Part shown: in pieces, positions 19,194 through 29,981 of the stretch | Layout: each line of letters starts with the position of its first letter | Numbering within the stretch: position 1 is the stretch's first letter | Origin: an uncultured Ignavibacteria bacterium | GTDB lineage: Bacteria; Zixibacteria; MSB-5A5; SM1-73 | Assembly (NCBI GenBank): GCA_964580215.1 | Contig: CAZOJT010000009.1 | Location: forward strand, 15,991 to 79,990 | Direction of reading: 5' to 3' | Length of the DNA: 64,000 nt | Notes under the pieces: model-generated | What the model was told of the DNA's origin: nothing | Seen by the model: the letters and a program-made list of their open reading frames with translations, nothing else | The model's database searches: none | Program-made: the position numbers and the translations under genes

Positions 19194-21140
19194 ATGAACT
19201 ACGTTTATTTAGTTCCATTATTTCCTCTGATCGGTTTTTTGGTCAACGGAATTTTAGCCCTCACTTTGAAAGCTTTTCCTGAGGAGAAAAGTTCAGGCAA
19301 AAGCTTGGTGAGCTGGATAGGTTGCACCTCTGTGGGTTTGTCCTTTTTGACCTCCATGGTCATATTCTTTCAGCTTTCGGCTCTGCCAGCAGGGGAGAGG
19401 GTGGTGCAAAAGATTGCCTTCCCCTGGATTTTGTCCGGAAAGTTTCATATCGACGTTGGCTTTCTGCTTGATCCTCTCTCATCAGTTATGATCTTGGTGG
19501 TTTCCGGAGTGGGATTTTTCATTCATCTCTACTCCATCGGTTACATGGAAGAGGATAAAGGATATGCCCGGTATTTTTCATTTCTGAATCTTTTCACATT
19601 CTTCATGCTCACTCTGGTCCTATCCAACAATTTCCTCTTGCTTTATCTGGGATGGGAAGGGGTGGGCTTGTGCTCCTATCTTTTGATCGGCTTCTGGTAT
19701 GAGAAGAAGAGCGCCGCAGACGCAGGAAAGAAGGCTTTCATCGTCAACAGAATCGGAGACTTCGGTTTCGCACTGGGAGTGATGTTGGTTTTCTGGACTT
19801 TCGGAAGTTTGAATTTCACCGAAGTTTTTGAGAATGCACCGCACGTCTTGGCTCTTGGAGGAGGATTGGTCACCGCCATCACCTTACTTTTGTTCATGGG
19901 AGCCACCGGCAAATCCGCCCAGCTACCACTTTATGTATGGCTTCCTGACGCCATGGAGGGTCCTACTCCTGTCTCAGCGTTGATTCATGCTGCCACCATG
20001 GTAACAGCGGGAGTATATATGGTGGCAAGGTGCCATGCGCTCTTTCTTCTGGCTCCGATCTCCATGGGAGTGGTGGCTGTAATCGGGGCGGCAACCGCCA
20101 TATATGCCGCATCCATCGGTCTGGTGCAAAATGATATTAAAAGAGTATTAGCATATTCCACCATCAGCCAGTTAGGATATATGTTTTTAGCTTGCGGAGT
20201 GGGAGCCTTCGCTTCTGGGATATTCCATCTCATGACCCATGCATTCTTTAAAGCTTTGCTGTTTCTGTCCGCTGGCGCGGTTATGCATGCCTTGGCCGGC
20301 GAGTTAAATATGCAGAAGATGGGCGGCTTGAAGAAATATATACCCATCACCTTCTGGTGTTTTCTTGCCGGAACTTTGGCTATCTCCGGGATTCCTCTGT
20401 TCTCCGGATTCTTCAGCAAAGATGAAATTCTGTGGAAAGCATTCTCCAGCCCTCACGGTCATTTCCTGCTCTGGCTGGTGGGGGTGATCACTGCGGGACT
20501 GACCGCATTCTACATGTTCAGATTGGTCTTTTTGACCTTTTTGGGAAAATCCAGAGTGGATCCAGAAGTCCAGGCTCATATTCACGAAGCTCCGAAATCC
20601 ATGACCATCTCTCTGGTGGTCTTAGCCGTGCTTTCGGTTATCGGAGGCTATGTGGGAATTCCTCATTCCTTAGGAGGATCGAACAGATTCGAAGGATTTT
20701 TGTCCTCCGTATTTGAGCAAAGTCATTCTACTACTCACCCTACCACTCACACGATGTCTACTGAGTATCTTTTGATGATTATCTCCATAGTGGTGGTGAT
20801 AATTGGCATTCTTGTTGCCCATCGATTTTACATCCAGAATGTGAAGATTCCAAAAAAACTGGCGGAAAAATACAAAACCCCCTATCGGATTTTGTTCAAC
20901 AAATATTATGTGGATGAACTCTATGCTAAAGTTTTTGTAAATCCTCTTTTGAGTCTGGCTTTGTTGTTGTGGAAGCAATTTGATGTTTTGGTGATAGATG
21001 GTATAGCCAATGGGATTGCCTCTGTGGTCAAGGGATTAGGCACGGTTATAAGAAAAACCCAGACCGGCTATCTGCGCAATTACGGTCTCTCCTTGCTTTT
21101 GGGAACAATTTTGATCTTGTTCTATTTTATCTTTCGGTGA
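19194..21140 (+). CDS. nuoL: NADH-quinone oxidoreductase subunit L
   Basis: 648-aa antiporter-like subunit with a long C-terminal amphipathic arm. Confidence 0.9.
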   Translation: MNYVYLVPLFPLIGFLVNGILALTLKAFPEEKSSGKSLVSWIGCTSVGLSFLTSMVIFFQLSALPAGERVVQKIAFPWILSGKFHIDVGFLLDPLSSVMILVVSGVGFFIHLYSIGYMEEDKGYARYFSFLNLFTFFMLTLVLSNNFLLLYLGWEGVGLCSYLLIGFWYEKKSAADAGKKAFIVNRIGDFGFALGVMLVFWTFGSLNFTEVFENAPHVLALGGGLVTAITLLLFMGATGKSAQLPLYVWLPDAMEGPTPVSALIHAATMVTAGVYMVARCHALFLLAPISMGVVAVIGAATAIYAASIGLVQNDIKRVLAYSTISQLGYMFLACGVGAFASGIFHLMTHAFFKALLFLSAGAVMHALAGELNMQKMGGLKKYIPITFWCFLAGTLAISGIPLFSGFFSKDEILWKAFSSPHGHFLLWLVGVITAGLTAFYMFRLVFLTFLGKSRVDPEVQAHIHEAPKSMTISLVVLAVLSVIGGYVGIPHSLGGSNRFEGFLSSVFEQSHSTTHPTTHTMSTEYLLMIISIVVVIIGILVAHRFYIQNVKIPKKLAEKYKTPYRILFNKYYVDELYAKVFVNPLLSLALLLWKQFDVLVIDGIANGIASVVKGLGTVIRKTQTGYLRNYGLSLLLGTILILFYFIFR

Positions 21141-21144
21141 GATA

Positions 21145-22707
21145 ATGATGGATACCTGGATTTTAACCATACTTACGTTTTTCCCGCTTCTGGGAGTTTT
21201 GATATTACTTCTTATCGATAGAAGCAGGCACGGTGCCATTAAAATAGTTGCCTTTATCCTCTCTTTGTTGAATGCCATATTCTCCCTTTATATTTATTTC
21301 AATTTCGCCCCTGAATCGTCAGCTATGCAATTCTCAGTTAACAAGGCATGGATTGAGAGTCTGGGGATAAACTATCATCTGGGAATTGACGGAATCAGCC
21401 TGTTTTTAGTTCTCCTGACCACGCTCCTTACTCCTTTAGCTATTCTTTCATCCTGGTCTGCCATCACCGAGAAGGTAAAGGGTTACTACATTTCCATGCT
21501 GTTTCTGGAAACCGGAATGATCGGGGTTTTCGTCTCTTTGGATCTGTTCTTATTCTACGTTTTCTGGGAACTCATGCTTATCCCCATGTATTTTCTGATA
21601 GGTGTCTGGGGCGGGCCCAGAAGAATATATGCCACCATCAAATTTGTCCTCTTCACCATGACCGGTTCCCTTTTGATGCTGGTGGCGATTTTAGTCTTGT
21701 ATTTCATGAACCATAGTTTCACCGGCACGTATACCTTTAACCTCCTGGAGATAAATAATCTTCCTATTCCCTTGGGAGCACAATTCTGGTTGTTTTTTGC
21801 CTTTGCCTTAGCTTTCGCCATAAAGGTTCCCATGTTTCCGTTTCACACCTGGCTTCCTGATGCACACGTGGAGGCTCCCACTGCTGGCTCGGTTATCTTA
21901 GCCGGGGTTTTGCTTAAGATGGGAACGTATGGTTTCCTGAGGTTCTGTCTCCCCCTGTTTCCTAATATGTTTATAGATTATGTCCCGCTTTTCTCCATTT
22001 TGGCGATAATTGGCATCATCTACGGTGCTCTGGTCTGTATAAGACAGGAGGATGTGAAGAGCCTGATAGCGTTCTCATCAGTCAGCCATCTGGGCTTTGT
22101 GATGCTGGGACTTTTTGCCCTCAATATTCAAGGAATGGAAGGGGGCATACTTCAGATGATCAATCACGGCATCTCCACCGGAGCATTGTTCTTGATCGTG
22201 GGGATGATATATGAGCGAAGACACACCCGGCTGATTTCCGATTTTGGGGGTGTGTCGAAGAAAATGCCTGTCTTTGCCGCTTTCTTTATGATAGTTACCC
22301 TTTCCTCCATCGGGCTTCCCGGAACCAATGGCTTCGTGGGAGAATTTACCATTCTTCTGGGAACGTTTAAATCCAACGTGGTTTATGCAGTGTTAGGGGC
22401 GGTTGGGATCATCTTAGCCGCAATATACATGCTATGGATGTATCAACGCGTCATGTTCGGAAAAATCACCAAGCCGGAAAATGAGAAATTGAAGGATTTG
22501 AACTTAAGAGAAAAGATAGTTTTAATACCGTTGATTCTGGCAATTTTCTGGATCGGCATTTATCCCAATCCGTTCTTTAACAAAATAGAACCCTCAGTCA
22601 AAACTCTTATAGAGAATGCAAAGATAAAATACGAGAAAAATCAGCTTTTTGAGGAAAGCTTGACTATAGATTCCCAACAGATGAAGCGGATGAAACAGAT
22701 GGAGTGA
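21145..22707 (+). CDS. nuoM: NADH-quinone oxidoreductase subunit M
   Basis: Antiporter-like subunit ([11 protein letters not shown] motif). Confidence 0.9.
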   Translation: MMDTWILTILTFFPLLGVLILLLIDRSRHGAIKIVAFILSLLNAIFSLYIYFNFAPESSAMQFSVNKAWIESLGINYHLGIDGISLFLVLLTTLLTPLAILSSWSAITEKVKGYYISMLFLETGMIGVFVSLDLFLFYVFWELMLIPMYFLIGVWGGPRRIYATIKFVLFTMTGSLLMLVAILVLYFMNHSFTGTYTFNLLEINNLPIPLGAQFWLFFAFALAFAIKVPMFPFHTWLPDAHVEAPTAGSVILAGVLLKMGTYGFLRFCLPLFPNMFIDYVPLFSILAIIGIIYGALVCIRQEDVKSLIAFSSVSHLGFVMLGLFALNIQGMEGGILQMINHGISTGALFLIVGMIYERRHTRLISDFGGVSKKMPVFAAFFMIVTLSSIGLPGTNGFVGEFTILLGTFKSNVVYAVLGAVGIILAAIYMLWMYQRVMFGKITKPENEKLKDLNLREKIVLIPLILAIFWIGIYPNPFFNKIEPSVKTLIENAKIKYEKNQLFEESLTIDSQQMKRMKQME

Positions 22708-22811
22708 AGAAAGTCAGGAGTAAGAATTAAGACGGAAAAGTAATGAGAGACCAAATGATCATCTATGTCAGTAAAAATCTGGAAGCCGAAGATAGATTGG
22801 GAGAGATTTAG

Positions 22812-24266
22812 ATGGATTGGATCATGCCAGCAGTTAATTTCAAATTGATTTTGCCAGAGATCATTCTCTGTGTCTTTGCTATTTTCATACTGGTTCTGGA
22901 TCCCTTTCTTTCCAGAGATAGAAAGATTTTAACTGCTCATCTGGCTTGGATAGCCATCGTGTTATCCTTTCTGGCGAACTTGAGTCTCTGGGATTTTCAA
23001 GATACAACTTTCAGCCAAATGTTTTTGGTGGACAATTACGCCACCTTCTTTAAATTCATCTTCCTTACCGGATCGTTTCTGATCATCTTTGCCTCCATGA
23101 ATTATCTTAAAAGGGAAGAGATTTTACATGGAGAATACTTCAGTTTGATTTTGTTCTCCACCTTGGGCATGATGCTTTTAGCATCCGGCTTTGATCTGAT
23201 TGTAATCTTCTTAGGACTGGAGATCATGTCGATTTCCCTTTACGTGTTGGCTGGGTTCAAAAGAAGCGATCTAAACTCCAACGAAGCTTCCTTGAAATAC
23301 TTCTTGATGGGGGCATTTGCCACCGGCTTTTTGCTTTATGGAATTGTCATGATTTACGGAAGCGTGGGAAGCACTAACTTGGAACAGATAATCAAAAGCA
23401 TCGCCTTTGGTGAAGCCGGTCCAAATCTTTTAATCTGGGCTGGTGCGGGATTGCTATTGGTGGGCTTCGGATTCAAGATAGCTTCAGTTCCTTTTCACAT
23501 GTGGGTGCCGGACGTGTATCAGGGAGCTCCCACTCCGGTGACCGCCTTTATCTCCGCCGGTCCCAAGGCGGCTGGATTTGCGGCACTCTTGAGAGTATTT
23601 CTCTTTTCCTTCGTTACCATAAAGCTGGATTGGACCGTGATCGTCTGGATCATGGCGGCTTTGACCATGACCGTGGGCAACATCATTGCCATTGCCCAGT
23701 CTGATATAAAAAGAATGCTGGCATATTCATCTATCGCTCATGCCGGATACGTGCTTGTGGCGTTGGTGGCTGGTGGGGAGACTGGAATCTCCAGCGCGCT
23801 GTTTTATCTCTTAGCTTACACCTTTATGAACATCGGAGCTTTCACCGTGGTGATTGCGCTGGGAAAGAAGGGTCAGGAGAACACCGGTTTGGACGATTAT
23901 TCTGGATTGGGCACCAGATCTCCTCTTTTGGCTGTTCTGATGACGGTCTTTATGTTTTCCCTGGCAGGATTCCCTCCCACCGCTGGATTCATGGGAAAAT
24001 TCTATGTTTTCAGCGCGGCAGTGAAATCAGGATTTGTGGGATTGGTTATAATCGGAGTGCTGAACAGTCTGATCTCGGTTTATTACTACTTGAGAGTGGT
24101 GGTCATCATGTTCATGCACCCACCACAGCCTGAGGCGCAAAGAGTACCATTAGCTTTTGGCGCCGCTCTGGTTTTGTTGATCTCCATCTGGGGGGTTCTA
24201 CAGATGGGCATATTCCCCGACAGCCTACTTAGCCTGGCTCAAGCCTCGGTTTCATCCATATTTTAG
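22812..24266 (+). CDS. nuoN: NADH-quinone oxidoreductase subunit N
   Basis: Antiporter-like subunit in the last operon position. Confidence 0.85.
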   Translation: MDWIMPAVNFKLILPEIILCVFAIFILVLDPFLSRDRKILTAHLAWIAIVLSFLANLSLWDFQDTTFSQMFLVDNYATFFKFIFLTGSFLIIFASMNYLKREEILHGEYFSLILFSTLGMMLLASGFDLIVIFLGLEIMSISLYVLAGFKRSDLNSNEASLKYFLMGAFATGFLLYGIVMIYGSVGSTNLEQIIKSIAFGEAGPNLLIWAGAGLLLVGFGFKIASVPFHMWVPDVYQGAPTPVTAFISAGPKAAGFAALLRVFLFSFVTIKLDWTVIVWIMAALTMTVGNIIAIAQSDIKRMLAYSSIAHAGYVLVALVAGGETGISSALFYLLAYTFMNIGAFTVVIALGKKGQENTGLDDYSGLGTRSPLLAVLMTVFMFSLAGFPPTAGFMGKFYVFSAAVKSGFVGLVIIGVLNSLISVYYYLRVVVIMFMHPPQPEAQRVPLAFGAALVLLISIWGVLQMGIFPDSLLSLAQASVSSIF

Positions 24267-24382
24267 TTCTCAATCTCTCACAGCTGATTAACTGGATTAA
24301 GCTGATCAGTTATTATGAATATCTGTTTAATCCGATCAATCTGCTGTGAATTTTCTTTGCCGAGCAAAACTGTCTATTGTCA

Positions 24383-24609
24383 CCCTCTCCTTACCCCTCC
24401 CATCAAGGGATGAGGCTGTGTGTTTCCCTCTCCCCTGCGGGGAGAGGGATAAAGGGTGAGGGGGAAAGGAAGGAAAAAGAACAAGGAAAAAATGAATAAA
24501 CCCCTCACCTCAGTCCTGCGAAGCATGCATATGCATCTCCCCAGAGGGGAGAGGAAGAGGAAATTCCCTCTCCTCTGGGGAGAGAGAGACAAAGGGTGAG
24601 GGGGGAGAT
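24383..24609. repeat. cluster of CCCCTCACC/GGAGAGG REP-like palindromes plus gcgaagcatgcatatgcatc palindrome
   Basis: Several nested G/C-rich inverted repeats in the convergent nuoN/activase intergenic region. The overlapping ORF 24380..24694 is a translation artefact. Confidence 0.6.
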
Positions 24610-24688
24610 TTAAGACCAGACAAATAAAACGGACAGCCACGAGGGCTGTCCCTATGCTAGTGATTGAGTCCGAGCACCAAAGCAGACC

Positions 24689-24717
24689 GGTCAACGGATT
24701 AAGCGGATTGAACGGAT
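24689..24717. repeat. short GGTCAACGGAT-type tandem array
   Basis: ggtcaacggattaagcggattgaacggat. Confidence 0.6.
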
Positions 24718-24759
24718 AAAAGAAAATAATCTATTGTATCCGTTTCATCCGATGACGGT

Positions 24760-27700
24760 TTAAGATTTTCTTCTCTGGAAATCTCTGGCTTGATGCATGA
24801 AAGCTTCCAGGCGGGTGATCTCGTTGGCATCCTCCTGCCCTTCGTAGACTAAGTTGAGCCAGGGGAAGTTGCCAAAGTCCTCCCTGAGTTTCTTTGACAT
24901 GGCAGTGACAACGGTTCCGGGCATACAGGTGAAGGGCATAGTGTTCACTACTCCGGAAAGATCCTGGTTTATGTAGTCGATGGCTTTTCCAATGGATAAT
25001 ATGGCTTCTCCTCCAAATGACTCATGCAGATAAGGACTGGCAAGCTTCAGCACATCTTCGGTTTTAGGTTCGTGACATTCCAGAATGGAACCTTCCAACC
25101 GTTTCTCCAATTGGTGCTCTTTTCTTCTCTGTACCCAGTAAGTGAGCCATCCCTTCACGTACTCTTTGTATCTTCTCTCCAAGAGACTCTGTCTTTTGTA
25201 CATGTAACTGGTGTAGTTGATCCATTCACCCATGCCTGTCACCCAAGCTTCCCCTCCCAAAGTCTCGATCTTTCTCACCAGGTTGTTGTTGGAAAATCTG
25301 TTCGACCGTATATAAATCTCACCCACAACCCCAATGATGGGTTTTCTTTGTTCGCCATTTTTTTTGATTTTGGCGAACATATCCCTTGCCCAGGTGAGTA
25401 TTTCCTCGATGTCTCCTTTGGAAGCTGTGGTCTTGGATAACTGCTCTAAACACAACTGGTAAACCCGATCAGTTTCCCCTTTGTTCTTTTCGTAAGGTCT
25501 GGTCTGATGCAGAAGCTTTATCAGAAGATCTGTTGTTACCATGCTCTTCCAGGCTAATTTGCGGAAGTCACCATCAAGATTTGAGACGGTGGAGTAGCCA
25601 TCCTCGGAATCGGGGGAGATGATGGGAACGTTCGAATATCCCAACTCATCTAAGATCACACGCTGTAGGTTATGATATTCACCGAACCGACAGGGTCCAT
25701 GTGCCTGGGGCATAAAAAAGGCAATCCTTTCAGGTTTTATTCCCGGTTTTCTTAGGAGTTTCAAAAGATCGCCAGTGGTCAGAATGAAGGGATAGCACTC
25801 CTTTCCAGAGGTGAATTTTCTCCCCAGTGTGAGAGTGTCTTCATCCGACCGATCCATAACATAAGCCTCCAGCCCACAGGCGTTCAAGGCGGCTTTAAAG
25901 GCATAAGCGTGATCACACATATTGGGGATATATAAAGTTCTATGGTTCTCAGAAGCGGTGAATTTGTATCTGGGAAGCTCTAATTTTTTCTTTCTTGGCG
26001 GTTGGTATTTCTTCAAGCTGTCTAAGAATGCCTCACATCGGGTGATAACTCCTGCATCGGCTGAGTGTTCATCCAACTCGATCAATAAGAAAGGTTTTCC
26101 AGATAGATTCTTTTTAAAGAAGTGAGTGATAAAAGAATCGGGACCACAGCCGAAATTAGATATATATAAACCAAAAAGTTTTTTGTGATCTCTTAGGATC
26201 TCCGATGCGGCTAAGATATTCTGTCCATATTTCCAGTATATATTGGGGAGATGATCCTTTTTGATTTGGGGATCATGGCAAAAGAAATCCATGGGGATGG
26301 CTAACATCCCTAAATCTGCAAGTTTTTTGGGGATATTTAAGCTAATCCCGGGATCACAGGTATTGTAAGGCCTTCCCACAATTACCAGAGCCTTTTGATC
26401 TTCTTTTAGGCTCTGCAAGACTTCCTTTCCTTTCAAAGTAAGTCTTCTGTAAAACTCCTCCTGACATCTTTCCGCCTTCAGCATGGCCTTCTTTATCTGG
26501 CTCTTTCTTCTCTTCAATTCTTTTCCCAGTTTAGTGAGCGTTCTTAGAAGAATGTTTCTATCCAATTGAAAGTAGACCGGGAAAGAAAGCAGTCGGGTGG
26601 GATAGTCGTCTAAATTTATGGCGGCTTTAATCAGGTAGGGCAAAGACTGAACATAGGGACAGGCATAATTTTCCTTGTTGTGGTTATCCTCCTTTTTCAT
26701 GTCTATCAAGCTGGGGAGAAAAATGTAGTCTAACTTTTTCTTTAGAAGATTTAGAACATGACCATGCGCTACCTTGACCGGAAAACAGGTGTCTGAGAGA
26801 ACCTGTTCTGTACCCTGGCGAATTATCTGTTTGTTGGTGGGATCGGAGAGCACCACCTCAAAACCCAACTCCTCAAAGAAGGTCGCCCAGTAGGGAAAGA
26901 ACTCATGGAAGAAAAGACATAGAGGAATGCCGACCTTTTTTTTCTCTCCCTGGTTTGAATCTGAATTAGAATGTGAAGTTACAAATTCCTTATGAATGTG
27001 GAAAAGTATTCTCTCCCTTTCTTTGAAAAGATCGGGGAGGGTTGATTTTTTTGATTTTCTTTTGGTGTCATATTTTTCGCAACGGCTCCCGTAGAAAAGA
27101 GACGGCTCACCTTCCACCCTTACTTCTTTTATCTCACAGTGATTGGGGCAATCTGGACATATAAAGGTGGAAATAGAGTACTGTTTTTCAGAAAGATCGA
27201 ATCCCTTAAACTTGCTTTTGCCACCTTTATATTCCTCCATAGCCAAAATAGCGGCGCCTATGGCTCCAGTTACATCATGATGAGGAGGAACTGTAATCTT
27301 TTTTCCGGTTACCATCTCGAAAGCCGCCACCACTGCTTTGTTCCATGCCACCCCACCCTGGAAAAAGATATAGTTGCCCACCCTTTTATCACCCATCACC
27401 TTGTTCAGATAGTTATAAACGATGGAATAAGCCAGCCCTGCCACCAGATCCTCTTTAGGCACGCCGGATTGCTGATGCGCCACCAGATCCGATTCCATAA
27501 AGACGGTACAGCGTTCCCCGCAGTTGACCGGGCGTTTCGATTTAAGCGCCAGATCTCCGAATTCTTCCTCGATATTGATGTTAAGCTTTTCTGCCTGCTC
27601 CTGCAAGAAAGACCCGGTTCCAGCCGCACACACCTTGTTCATTTCAAAATCTATAACCGCTCCATCCTGCAGGCTGATGTATTTTGAATCCTGTCCTCCG

Positions 27701-28977
27701 ATCTCAAATATGGTATCCACCTTCGGATCGATGCTAACTGCGGCGACAGCCTGAGCGGTGATCTCGTTATGCACCACGTCTGCCCCCACAAAATCTCCGG
27801 TTAGGTATCTTCCTGATCCAGTGGTTCCCGTACCCAGAATATTTACCTTATCTTTAATCTGGTCGCCCACTATCTTCAGCCCACGCTTCACTGCCTCGAT
27901 GGGACGTCCCTCGGTCATAAGATAAATTCGAGAGATCACATTTTTGTCCTTATCTATTGCCACCACATTGGTGGATAAAGAACCTACATCAATTCCCAGG
28001 AAAGCATCGATTTTATCTTCATGTGGCACGTGATGATTTTTGGTGATCTCATAATATTTATTCTCTGGGAAAGCAAACACTAAAGGCTCTTTCCCCTTGT
28101 GTTCTATCCGGGGAGAAGCTAAGTATTCATTCAGCCTCTCTAAGCCCAGAAAAGGAATATCCGCCTTCTCTGTTCCCATGATGGTCAAACCTGCCCCAAC
28201 AGCTCCCATCTCCTTAAAGAATTGTGGAATTAACAACTCTCCTTCGGAGAGTCCAAATACGCTTTCAAAAGCCCTTCTTACCCCTAAGTTAGCGGCAACT
28301 CCACCCTGAAAAGAGATGGGCTTTTGGATCTTTTTCCCCTTGACGATGGAGCCTTTGAAGTTTCGTGCCATGGCAAAACATAATCCGGCAACGATATCAT
28401 AGTCCGGGGTGGCAATCTGCTGAAGGTGAATCATGTCCGATTTGGCAAAGACGCTGCATCTTCCGGCAATGCGAGGGGGATTCTTTGATTTCAGTGCCAA
28501 CTTTCCAAATTCATCCTCGATGGAGATCTTCAGCCGTTTGGCTTGCTGATCCAAAAATGATCCGGTGCCGGCGGCACAGAGCGTATTCATGGAGAAATCC
28601 TCCAGCACCGGAGCTTTGGAGCCGTCATCCTGACGCAACAGAATCAGCTTGGAGTCCTCTCCCCCCATCTCAATTATGGTTCGCACCTCCGGAGTTAAAA
28701 AGCCGGTGGCTTTTGCCTGGGCGATCACCTCGTTTACGAAGCTTCCCCCTAAGATGGAATTTATCAACTTTCCGCCGGTGCCAGTGGCGGCTAAAGATTT
28801 TATATCATCCGGATTGAATTTTTCAAAAAGATCCTCTAAGATGCCTTTTAAAGTAGGAAGTGGTTGCCCTGTAGATCTCTGGTAATAAGATCGAAGTATC
28901 TCCCTCTCAGATGAGAGAAGCACCACCTTCACGCTGACTGATCCTATATCAATGCCCAAATAGAGATTCTTATTCAT
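24760..28977 (-). CDS. fusion protein with two BadF/BadG/BcrA/BcrD-type CoA-substrate-specific enzyme activase ATPase domains and a 2-hydroxyacyl-CoA dehydratase (HgdB/D-like) C-terminal region, 1405 aa
   Basis: N-terminus LYLGIDIGSVSVKVVLL and a second copy FLGIDVGSLSTNVVAID with AAGTGSFL motifs. The C-terminal half is dehydratase-like. Confidence 0.8.
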   Translation of the reverse strand: MNKNLYLGIDIGSVSVKVVLLSSEREILRSYYQRSTGQPLPTLKGILEDLFEKFNPDDIKSLAATGTGGKLINSILGGSFVNEVIAQAKATGFLTPEVRTIIEMGGEDSKLILLRQDDGSKAPVLEDFSMNTLCAAGTGSFLDQQAKRLKISIEDEFGKLALKSKNPPRIAGRCSVFAKSDMIHLQQIATPDYDIVAGLCFAMARNFKGSIVKGKKIQKPISFQGGVAANLGVRRAFESVFGLSEGELLIPQFFKEMGAVGAGLTIMGTEKADIPFLGLERLNEYLASPRIEHKGKEPLVFAFPENKYYEITKNHHVPHEDKIDAFLGIDVGSLSTNVVAIDKDKNVISRIYLMTEGRPIEAVKRGLKIVGDQIKDKVNILGTGTTGSGRYLTGDFVGADVVHNEITAQAVAAVSIDPKVDTIFEIGGQDSKYISLQDGAVIDFEMNKVCAAGTGSFLQEQAEKLNINIEEEFGDLALKSKRPVNCGERCTVFMESDLVAHQQSGVPKEDLVAGLAYSIVYNYLNKVMGDKRVGNYIFFQGGVAWNKAVVAAFEMVTGKKITVPPHHDVTGAIGAAILAMEEYKGGKSKFKGFDLSEKQYSISTFICPDCPNHCEIKEVRVEGEPSLFYGSRCEKYDTKRKSKKSTLPDLFKERERILFHIHKEFVTSHSNSDSNQGEKKKVGIPLCLFFHEFFPYWATFFEELGFEVVLSDPTNKQIIRQGTEQVLSDTCFPVKVAHGHVLNLLKKKLDYIFLPSLIDMKKEDNHNKENYACPYVQSLPYLIKAAINLDDYPTRLLSFPVYFQLDRNILLRTLTKLGKELKRRKSQIKKAMLKAERCQEEFYRRLTLKGKEVLQSLKEDQKALVIVGRPYNTCDPGISLNIPKKLADLGMLAIPMDFFCHDPQIKKDHLPNIYWKYGQNILAASEILRDHKKLFGLYISNFGCGPDSFITHFFKKNLSGKPFLLIELDEHSADAGVITRCEAFLDSLKKYQPPRKKKLELPRYKFTASENHRTLYIPNMCDHAYAFKAALNACGLEAYVMDRSDEDTLTLGRKFTSGKECYPFILTTGDLLKLLRKPGIKPERIAFFMPQAHGPCRFGEYHNLQRVILDELGYSNVPIISPDSEDGYSTVSNLDGDFRKLAWKSMVTTDLLIKLLHQTRPYEKNKGETDRVYQLCLEQLSKTTASKGDIEEILTWARDMFAKIKKNGEQRKPIIGVVGEIYIRSNRFSNNNLVRKIETLGGEAWVTGMGEWINYTSYMYKRQSLLERRYKEYVKGWLTYWVQRRKEHQLEKRLEGSILECHEPKTEDVLKLASPYLHESFGGEAILSIGKAIDYINQDLSGVVNTMPFTCMPGTVVTAMSKKLREDFGNFPWLNLVYEGQEDANEITRLEAFMHQARDFQRRKS

Positions 28978-29249
28978 TTTTTTGAAGAGTATGAGTCGGG
29001 TTTTCAGTCCATTGAAAATTTGATTTCGGGCATTCTCCTCTCCCTATCAAAAATTTGACATATTATATAGTTTAAAATTCAAATTGTAAAGGATTATTTT
29101 TAGAAAGAATTCAAAAGAAGTTTGGTCAACGGATGAAACGGAAGACATGGATTTTCATCTTTTCATCTGTTCAATCTGTTAGCGCCGTCTCATATTTGTT
29201 AGTTTCATAACTTTGGCAGATAAAATTAATTGGGAGGACAGCGCCAAAG

Positions 29250-29880
29250 AAGAGAAGTGACCCCTGCAGATGGAAATAATGGTTTCCATGCGAAGCATTC
29301 ATACGAATCTCTGCCAGAGTTATTATATCAGGAGAATAATTCCCTTTCCCCTGAGGGGAGATGCGTATGCATGTGCGTATGCACTCATACGAGCTTCGCA
29401 GGGAAAGGTTGAAAATCCCGCCAGAGGTGTGAACCGTATGGTTCACTCCAGAGGCGGGGGTGAGGGGGAAAGAAGATAAACAGAAGGGGGAAAGCCAATG
29501 CCCCCTCACCTTAGTCCTCTCCCCCAAGGGGAGAGGATGTTGCCCCGACGGGCACCCGTCCGGGTGGAACCAACGTATGGGAATAAAAAATGGATGTAGA
29601 ATCCGTCTGTATATGTTATTAAGGAGAGCATATAATTGTTTACATCCCCCCTTTAGAAAGGGGGGGGGATTTGAAACTTGAAAAATTCCCCTAAATCCCC
29701 CTTTGCTAAAGGGGGATGCGTATGCATTCATACGAATTTCAAGTCAAGCCCAAAACAGGTGGGGGAGAAAAAATCAATGCGAAGCTCGTATGAGTGCATA
29801 CGCACATTCATACGAATAATAAGGTGTAAACTGTTTCCTGCTCCCCTTAGTAACTTCAAAACCATAAAGACCAACTAACA
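29250..29880. repeat. non-coding repeat island
   Basis: Contains four or more copies of the TGCGTATGCATTCATACGAAT-type palindrome (29290, 29363, 29716, 29778), a TGAACCGTATGGTTCA palindrome, CCCCTCACC/GGAGAGG elements and CCCCCTTT...AAAGGGGG hairpins. The ORFs called here are artefacts. Confidence 0.6.
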
Positions 29881-29981
29881 ATTATGGGACACCTCCCATC
29901 TGTTTAATCTGTTGGGATATTTATTTTCAATTCAAAAAATATTTGCCAAAAGATTTTTAAATTGTATCTTATCTAATAAAG

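Noticed and set aside
19620-20978. Several 70-144-aa antisense ORFs inside nuoL, nuoM, atpA, the BNR genes and the activase gene
   Set aside because: These are shadow ORFs on the opposite strand of long, well-supported genes. They have no SD and no independent similarity.
29170-29900. Possible CRISPR array, given the many short palindromic repeats
   Set aside because: The repeats belong to several different families and are irregularly spaced. No constant repeat-spacer periodicity is present, and no cas genes are in the window.
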